36,778 nt of DNA, taken from contig JAVHOS010000220.1 in NCBI GenBank assembly GCA_036170205.1, positions 1-36,778 of the forward strand, written 5' to 3'. This document shows positions 31,443-36,778 of this stretch, piece after piece (within the stretch, counting starts at the first letter, position 1; the number at the start of each line of letters is the position of its first letter). The stretch comes from Ignavibacteriaceae bacterium. Lineage in GTDB: Bacteria > Bacteroidota > Ignavibacteria > Ignavibacteriales > Ignavibacteriaceae. The notes beneath the pieces were generated by a model, which ran no database searches, had not been told where the DNA came from, and saw nothing but the letters and a program-made list of their open reading frames with translations. The translations under genes and the position numbers were made by a program.

Positions 31443-33308
31443 ATGGCCATGGATAGAAGACAAAAGAAAAGATTTTTATTTTTTTTAATTTTTCCCGTTT
31501 TACTTTCTGTCTCGTTTTTTGTGCAAGATGTTGCAATAAGAATTATTGCGTTACTTCTCTCCTTTATCTATGTGGGTTCAATCCTTTTCCTGCGGGATAA
31601 TTTTCGCAAACCGCCCATCTTTGATCTTCAAACAGGTGAAAGCGAAACTGAAATTCAAGAGAAACCACACACACCGCCTTCACTTGATGAAGAAAGTTCG
31701 TTTGAGATTATCGCGAAACATCCAAGTTCTCAGATTATCACCGAAGCCAATTATTTCAAGGTTAAAGCGCCGCTCTCATTAGAAAAACCTCCTGATCTTA
31801 AAGAACGTTTTTCCGAAATTGTTAATGAAGAACTCCCAAAGGAAATTGGTTACGATGGACAGTTCTCGTTTATTTTAGAAAAAATTCTTGCAGTTATAAA
31901 AGAAGCTTATGTATCAAACACAGCAATATTTTTTTGGTACAATAAAAAAAGAGAAAAACTTTCGGTTGAAAGATTTGTTTCAAACTCTTCGGAAATTTCT
32001 AAAAATAAATTGGCAATTGAAGACGACATCTTAAGTAAAATTGTTACAACCGGCGAGCCGGAACTCATGTCTGATATCTCCAAAACGGCGGAAGCTGATG
32101 TCATCCGTTATTACACTTCGCCGCAAGGAATAAAAAGTTTTGTCGGCGTTCCTATTTATTATGAGAAAGAATTAATAGGGGTGCTTGCAATCGATTCAAA
32201 AACAAACGACATCTTTGGAATCGAAACTATTTTTTCACTTGGTCGTTTCGTTCGCTTGATAACTATTCTGATAAATATTTTTGAGCAAAAATATTCCGAA
32301 TTTGTTTCTCAAAGAAGGCTGCACGGGTTGTTAAGTTTAATCACTCCATCTTCATCTTTTGAACAAGAAAAAGATGTAATGCAGGCGCTTGAAAAATCGA
32401 TTGAGTTTTTGCTAACATGGGATGCGTTTGTTTTCGTCTATTACAATCCGATGGCGAAAAGTTTTAAAACGATGCGCGTGAAAAATAAAACATCACTTAA
32501 ATATATTGGCGAGAATCTTGAAATTGAATTGAACGGTACACTTGCCGGTAAAAGTATTTTAACCGGTTTACCCGTAAAGATTGACGACACTTCGGCAAAT
32601 GATTATAAACGATTTTCTAAGAATGAAGACGTTACTTTTGACGGATCGTTTGTAGTTATTCCGTTGGTGTTTCAGAATCAAAATTACGGAGCGCTCTGTT
32701 TTGAAAGTCTGAGAAAGAATGCATACTCAAAATCGGATATAGATTTTCTGTTAAGTTCAGTAGGAATTCTTTCCTTCATTATTTATTCTTTTGCAACACA
32801 GAGCGTACTGAAAAGTTATCTCGCAATTGATATTGAAACAAAAGCATTGAATGCTAAAACTTTTAACGAACGCGTATCGGAAGAGTTGATTAAAGCGAAA
32901 GAGTTTAATATTGATTGTTCCATCGCGCTTATCCGTATTGATGAATTCCTTGAACAAGAATCTCTTTTTGACGGCAATCCTTTCGGTAAAATTGTCTCTT
33001 CAATTTCCGAAATGATTCTTGCGGATGCTAATCCGTATCGCCTTTTCGGACGGCTTGATGATAAATTATTCGCGGTATTTTTTCTTAACTACTCCTCAAA
33101 AGATGTTTACATCTGGGCGGAGAAGTTACGCGTTAAAATTGCACGGCAGCCGATTTCTGTAGTTGCGCGGCAGACTACTTTTACAATTTCTGCTGGAGTA
33201 GCTTCAGCAAAAGCAAAGACCGATACCGAAGAAGTACTTTACAACGCTAACCTTGCTTTGGAAAAAGCGATTGAGAGCGGCGGAAACAAAGTTAGAAATA
33301 TTAATTGA
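31443..33308 (+). CDS. Membrane-anchored tandem-GAF protein with a degenerate GGDEF-like domain
   Basis: 621 aa with two N-terminal hydrophobic helices. Two GAF-like segments (…IKSFVGVPIYYEKELIGVLAIDS… and …GSFVVIPLVFQNQNYGALCFES…). C-terminal GGDEF-fold landmarks are DIETKALNAKTF, IALIRIDEF, TISAGVA and ANLALEKAIESGGNKV. The signature position reads GRLDDKLFAVFF instead of RxGGDEF. Confidence 0.7.
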   Translation: MAMDRRQKKRFLFFLIFPVLLSVSFFVQDVAIRIIALLLSFIYVGSILFLRDNFRKPPIFDLQTGESETEIQEKPHTPPSLDEESSFEIIAKHPSSQIITEANYFKVKAPLSLEKPPDLKERFSEIVNEELPKEIGYDGQFSFILEKILAVIKEAYVSNTAIFFWYNKKREKLSVERFVSNSSEISKNKLAIEDDILSKIVTTGEPELMSDISKTAEADVIRYYTSPQGIKSFVGVPIYYEKELIGVLAIDSKTNDIFGIETIFSLGRFVRLITILINIFEQKYSEFVSQRRLHGLLSLITPSSSFEQEKDVMQALEKSIEFLLTWDAFVFVYYNPMAKSFKTMRVKNKTSLKYIGENLEIELNGTLAGKSILTGLPVKIDDTSANDYKRFSKNEDVTFDGSFVVIPLVFQNQNYGALCFESLRKNAYSKSDIDFLLSSVGILSFIIYSFATQSVLKSYLAIDIETKALNAKTFNERVSEELIKAKEFNIDCSIALIRIDEFLEQESLFDGNPFGKIVSSISEMILADANPYRLFGRLDDKLFAVFFLNYSSKDVYIWAEKLRVKIARQPISVVARQTTFTISAGVASAKAKTDTEEVLYNANLALEKAIESGGNKVRNIN

Positions 33309-34479
33309 GGAAGCTATCAATAATTTTATTTTCATAGTGTTGGATGGGGTGGGAATCGGTGAATTACCCGACGCACATCTTTACGGCGATCAGGGAAGCA
33401 ATACGTTAGTAAATATGGCTAAAGTTGTTGGCGGATTAGATCTGCCAAATCTTCGCGCATTCGGTTTAGGAAATATTGCTTCTATCGAAGGAGTTGACCC
33501 GGTAACATTTCCTACAGCTTCTTACGGAAAATTTAAAGAAATTTCTAAAGGAAAAGACTCAATTACCGGGCATTGGGAACTTTCCGGAATTTCAATTGAT
33601 TACGATTTCTCTTACTTTCCGAACGGTTTTCCGAAAGACATGCTGGAAAGATTTTTGAAATACACAGAATGTAAAGGTTATCTCGGTAATAAACCGGCTT
33701 CGGGTACAGAGATAATTAAAGAGCTTGGTGAAGAACATGTAAGAACCGGTTTCCCGATAATTTATACTTCGGCAGATTCGGTCTTTCAAATTGCGGCGCA
33801 TGAGGAAGTGATTCCTTTGAAACGGCTTTACGAAATTTGCAAGATAACGAGAGAAAAAGTTATTTCATCTCCGTATCTCGTGGGAAGAGTTATCGCCCGC
33901 CCTTTTCTTGGTACGAAAGGTAATTTTAACAGAACTACCAATCGACATGATTATGCAATTGATCCCACCGACAAAACTGCTCTGGATGTTCTTTACGAAA
34001 AAAAAATTTCTACCGTTGGTGTTGGTAAGATTAATGATCTTTTTAATAGAAGAGGAATTCAAATTCAAGACCCGACTAAATCAAACAAAGAGGGTTGTAA
34101 CAAAACACTTGACTACACGTCAAAAGTTTCAAACAGCTTCATCTTCACAAATCTTGTTGATTTTGACGTTTACTTCGGACACAGAAACGATCCGGTTGGT
34201 TTTGCAAAAGCGTTGAGAGAGTTTGATAATTTTCTTCCGTCGTTAATACAAAAAATGGATGACACAGATGTTTTACTCATTTCAGCCGATCACGGAAATG
34301 ATCCGACAACACCAAGCACAGATCATTCACGCGAGTATGTTCCGCTCCTTTTCTACAAGAAAAATAAATTCGGTAAGAATTTGGGAACCCGCGAGACTTT
34401 TTCCGATGCGGGGAAAACCGTGGCTGAATTTTTCAAAGTGAAAAATTCGCTTAAAGGGAAAAGCTTTTTAAATGAATAG
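33253..34479 (+). CDS. deoB: Phosphopentomutase (start uncertain)
   Basis: FIVLDGVGIGELPDA...GDQGSNT N-terminus, SADHGNDPT and DHSREYVPLLFY motifs of the alkaline-phosphatase-superfamily phosphopentomutase. The ORF-track TTG 33253 overlaps the upstream gene by 56 nt. TTG 33271 is an alternative, and the conserved core starts near 33325. Confidence 0.85.
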   Translation: MLWKKRLRAAETKLEILIEEAINNFIFIVLDGVGIGELPDAHLYGDQGSNTLVNMAKVVGGLDLPNLRAFGLGNIASIEGVDPVTFPTASYGKFKEISKGKDSITGHWELSGISIDYDFSYFPNGFPKDMLERFLKYTECKGYLGNKPASGTEIIKELGEEHVRTGFPIIYTSADSVFQIAAHEEVIPLKRLYEICKITREKVISSPYLVGRVIARPFLGTKGNFNRTTNRHDYAIDPTDKTALDVLYEKKISTVGVGKINDLFNRRGIQIQDPTKSNKEGCNKTLDYTSKVSNSFIFTNLVDFDVYFGHRNDPVGFAKALREFDNFLPSLIQKMDDTDVLLISADHGNDPTTPSTDHSREYVPLLFYKKNKFGKNLGTRETFSDAGKTVAEFFKVKNSLKGKSFLNE

Positions 34480-34516
34480 AACATCTTTTGTGTAGAAGAT
34501 TTGAAAAAAATCGTAG

Positions 34517-34538
34517 CACAGACTTCAGTCTGTGTTTT
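34517..34538 (+). terminator. Intrinsic terminator after deoB
   Basis: Perfect 7-bp stem CACAGAC / GTCTGTG with loop TTCA, followed by TTTT. Confidence 0.7.
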
Positions 34539-34582
34539 GAGAATGTTGAAAAAATTAACCCAAAACCATAAGAGCTATCAAA

Positions 34583-34855
34583 ATGATATTAGGAAAAGTA
34601 ATCGGAACCGTTTGGTCAACAAAAAAAGATGAAAATCTTGTTGGCTCAAAACTATTGATCGTTAGACAACTGAGTTTGGATTTCAAAGAAAAAGAGAATT
34701 TTGTTGTTGCTGTTGATAGCGTCGGCGCCGGTGAAGGAGAAATTGTACTTGTTGCCACCGGAAGTTCGGCACGTCAGACGAATAACACAAAAAACCGCCC
34801 GGTTGATGCCGTTGTTATGGCAATTGTGGACAAATTGGACATCCCGGTACACTAA
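34583..34855 (+). CDS. EutN/CcmL/PduN-family bacterial microcompartment vertex (BMC-P) protein, paralog 1
   Basis: 90 aa. MILGKVIGTVWSTKK...VAVDSVGAGEGEIVLVATGSSARQ...RPVDAVVMAIVD aligns motif-for-motif with E. coli EutN (AIDNIGAGTGEWVLLVSGSSARQ...SPVDLCVIGIVD). Confidence 0.85.
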   Translation: MILGKVIGTVWSTKKDENLVGSKLLIVRQLSLDFKEKENFVVAVDSVGAGEGEIVLVATGSSARQTNNTKNRPVDAVVMAIVDKLDIPVH

Positions 34856-34960
34856 TCAGTTTTCAAGCAAAAAAGGGGAATTAATTCAGTTGATAATGGC
34901 AGTGGAAAACCTTAAATTTGCAAGTCTTTTTTTAAGTCCTTTTAACCGACAGGATGTTGG

Positions 34961-35230
34961 ATGTATTTTGGAAAAGTGATAGGAAATGTTTGGGCTACTA
35001 AAAAGTATGAAGCTCTTTTCAGCTTAAAAATGATGATTGTCCAGCCTATTTCTGCGGAACTGGAAAATTTAAGCGAACCGATAATTGCGGTCGATACAGT
35101 TGGCGCAGGTCCCGGAGAAATTGTTGTTTATATTACTGCAAGCGAAGCGGTCATTCCGCTGCTGGTTGATTTTGCTCCGGTTGACGCTTCGATTGTTGGA
35201 ATTGTTGACACTATAAATTTAGCACATTAA
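34961..35230 (+). CDS. EutN/CcmL-family BMC-P protein, divergent paralog 2
   Basis: 89 aa. MYFGKVIGNVWATKK...IAVDTVGAGPGEIVVYITASEA...APVDASIVGIVD. Same architecture as paralog 1, but GSSARQ is replaced by ASEAVIPLL. Confidence 0.78.
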   Translation: MYFGKVIGNVWATKKYEALFSLKMMIVQPISAELENLSEPIIAVDTVGAGPGEIVVYITASEAVIPLLVDFAPVDASIVGIVDTINLAH

Positions 35231-35245
35231 TTACGAGGAACACAC

Positions 35246-36100
35246 GTGAGAATAACTAAGCAATATACCAATCGTGAGAGCCAGTCTCTCGATAAATATT
35301 TGCAGGAAATTGGTAAGGTTAGTCTTCTTAATCCGGAGCAAGAAATTGAATTAGCTATCCGTATTAAAAAAGGAGAGCAGTTAGCCTTAGAGCAGCTTAC
35401 AAAAGCAAATCTTCGTTTTGTGGTTAGCGTTGCAAAACAATATCAAAATCAAGGCTTGTCTCTTGGGGATTTAATCAACGAAGGCAATCTCGGCTTGATA
35501 AAAGCCGCTAAACGATTTGACGAAACAAGAGGTTTTAAATTTATTTCTTATGCTGTTTGGTGGATCCGTCAGTCCATATTGCAGGCATTAGCAGAACAAT
35601 CCAGAATTGTGCGTTTGCCATTAAACCGTGTTGGCGCTTTAAATAAGATCGGGAAAGCCTATAGCAATCTTGAACAAGAATACGAGCGCGAACCAAGTGC
35701 TGCCGAATTAGCTACCGAACTTGAAATGGATGTGAATGAAGTTGCCGATACTCTAAAAATTTCCGGCAGACACGTTTCGATGGATGCGCCTTTTGCCCAG
35801 GGTGAAGATAATAGACTGCTTGATGTTTTACAGAACGATCAACATCCGCAGCCGGATCAAACATTAATGACGGAATCATTAAAAACTGAAATAGATAGAG
35901 CCCTTTCAACCTTAACCGAACGTGAAGCGGAAGTTATTAAACTTTATTTCGGATTGAATAAAGAACATTCGTTAACCTTAGAAGAAATTGGAGAAAGATT
36001 TAATTTAACCCGCGAGCGTGTTCGCCAGATAAAAGAAAAAGCGATCAGAAGATTGCGCCACGCCTCCCGTAGTAAAAATCTTAAAGCTTATCTCGGATAG
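35246..36100 (+). CDS. rpoD: Primary-type RNA polymerase sigma-70 factor, short form lacking region 1.1
   Basis: 284 aa. Motifs [68 protein letters not shown] (regions 2.1-2.4) and [29 protein letters not shown] (4.2). GTG start after GAGGA. Closely resembles Bacteroidetes-type SigA. Confidence 0.9.
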   Translation: MRITKQYTNRESQSLDKYLQEIGKVSLLNPEQEIELAIRIKKGEQLALEQLTKANLRFVVSVAKQYQNQGLSLGDLINEGNLGLIKAAKRFDETRGFKFISYAVWWIRQSILQALAEQSRIVRLPLNRVGALNKIGKAYSNLEQEYEREPSAAELATELEMDVNEVADTLKISGRHVSMDAPFAQGEDNRLLDVLQNDQHPQPDQTLMTESLKTEIDRALSTLTEREAEVIKLYFGLNKEHSLTLEEIGERFNLTRERVRQIKEKAIRRLRHASRSKNLKAYLG

Positions 36101-36104
36101 TTTT

Positions 36105-36778
36105 GTGAAGAACAAAATTATTGTTTTTATATTAACAGCCGGAATTTTATTGATGACCGGCTGTTCTTCTATAAGCCAGTCCACACGCTACTCAAAAACT
36201 AATAAATCAGAAAAGGGATCAGAAGTAAATCTCCGTTACTATAATGAACAAGATTCGATCAAGAATTCTTCTGCAGATGATTCCTCATTCGTAAATGATG
36301 GTGAAGATGAATTGGAAGATTACGACGCCGACTCTTCTCGAATTAATTCCAAAGAAATACTAAAAAAGTTTACGCTAAGTGAAAAAGCAATAGATAACGA
36401 TTTCGGTACATCAAAAGAAAAGATGTTGATGGAAATTATTCGCTGGTTGAATACTCCCTACAAATATGGGGGCAATACAAAACGGGGAATTGATTGCTCC
36501 GCTTTCACACAAACAGTTTTTAAAAGCTCTTTAAATTTTGATCTTCTCCGTTCCGCCCGTGAACAATTTACACAGGGTGATGACATTGGAGATTCAGAGT
36601 CGCTTAAGTTCGGTGATCTTGTATTTTTTAATACCCGCCGCAGAGTAAGACCGGGACACGTCGGCATTTATCTCGGCGATAATATCTTTGCTCACTCAAG
36701 TTCAAAACTCGGGGTGATTGTCTCTTCACTTGAGGAAGAGTATTATAATCAACGTTTTATGGGGGGAAGAAGAATTGA
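36105..36778 (+). CDS. NlpC/P60-family peptidoglycan hydrolase lipoprotein (partial; runs off the window end)
   Basis: Hand-translated open frame from GTG 36105 with no stop before 36778. Signal peptide plus lipobox ILLMTGC. Catalytic context YKYGGNTKRGIDCSAF ... GHVGIYLGDNIFAHSS. Absent from the ORF track because it has no stop codon in the window. Confidence 0.8.
   Translation, partial: MKNKIIVFILTAGILLMTGCSSISQSTRYSKTNKSEKGSEVNLRYYNEQDSIKNSSADDSSFVNDGEDELEDYDADSSRINSKEILKKFTLSEKAIDNDFGTSKEKMLMEIIRWLNTPYKYGGNTKRGIDCSAFTQTVFKSSLNFDLLRSAREQFTQGDDIGDSESLKFGDLVFFNTRRRVRPGHVGIYLGDNIFAHSSSKLGVIVSSLEEEYYNQRFMGGRRI

Noticed and set aside
34878-34887. Perfect 10-bp palindrome GAATTAATTC in the spacer between the EutN paralogs as an operator
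   Set aside because: Short AT-rich palindromes are expected by chance in this composition. There is no second half-site or repeat to support a binding site.
34701-34979. 92-aa ORF spanning the end of EutN paralog 1, the spacer and the start of paralog 2
   Set aside because: It is out of frame with both conserved EutN genes, has no recognisable motifs, and has no Shine-Dalgarno sequence. It is most likely spurious.
30777-36778. Genomic island, mobile element or defence system in the non-ribosomal tail of the window
   Set aside because: There are no integrase, transposase, inverted or direct flanking repeats, toxin-antitoxin genes or nuclease/helicase genes. Composition looks continuous with the core region by eye.

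Overview
Nearly the whole window is one same-strand (+) core translation/transcription super-cluster: rpmG, tRNA-Trp, secE, nusG, rplKAJL, rpoBC, rpsLG-fusA-tuf (str), then the S10, spc and alpha operons through rplQ (155-30723). That is 43 protein genes and 2 tRNAs, with mostly tiny intergenic gaps. The last 6 kb, also on +, holds engB, a membrane-anchored GAF-GAF protein with a degenerate GGDEF domain, phosphopentomutase (deoB), two tandem EutN/CcmL-family microcompartment vertex paralogs, a short primary sigma-70 lacking region 1.1, and a partial NlpC/P60 lipoprotein running off the end. The short sigma (near-identical motifs to Bacteroidetes-type SigA) and AT-rich composition suggest an FCB-superphylum bacterium (Bacteroidota/Ignavibacteriota/Chlorobiota-like); this is inference only. 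I found no mobile element, CRISPR array or recognisable defence system, and most of the window is ordinary core genome. Four things merit a second look. (1) Two orphan EutN/BMC-P genes with no shell hexamer genes nearby, lying between deoB and the housekeeping sigma gene. (2) A well-formed tRNA-Gln(UUG) inside the spc operon between rplR and rpsE. (3) A perfect 55-nt tandem double-hairpin, tRNA-Thr-like repeat at the window start. (4) A GGDEF domain whose active site reads DDKLF. Minor observations: Lys/Pro/Ala-rich extensions on L5 and L17, an L33 with a CxxC...CxxD motif, a canonical TTGACA-17-TATATT promoter before rpsL, and many non-ATG starts.
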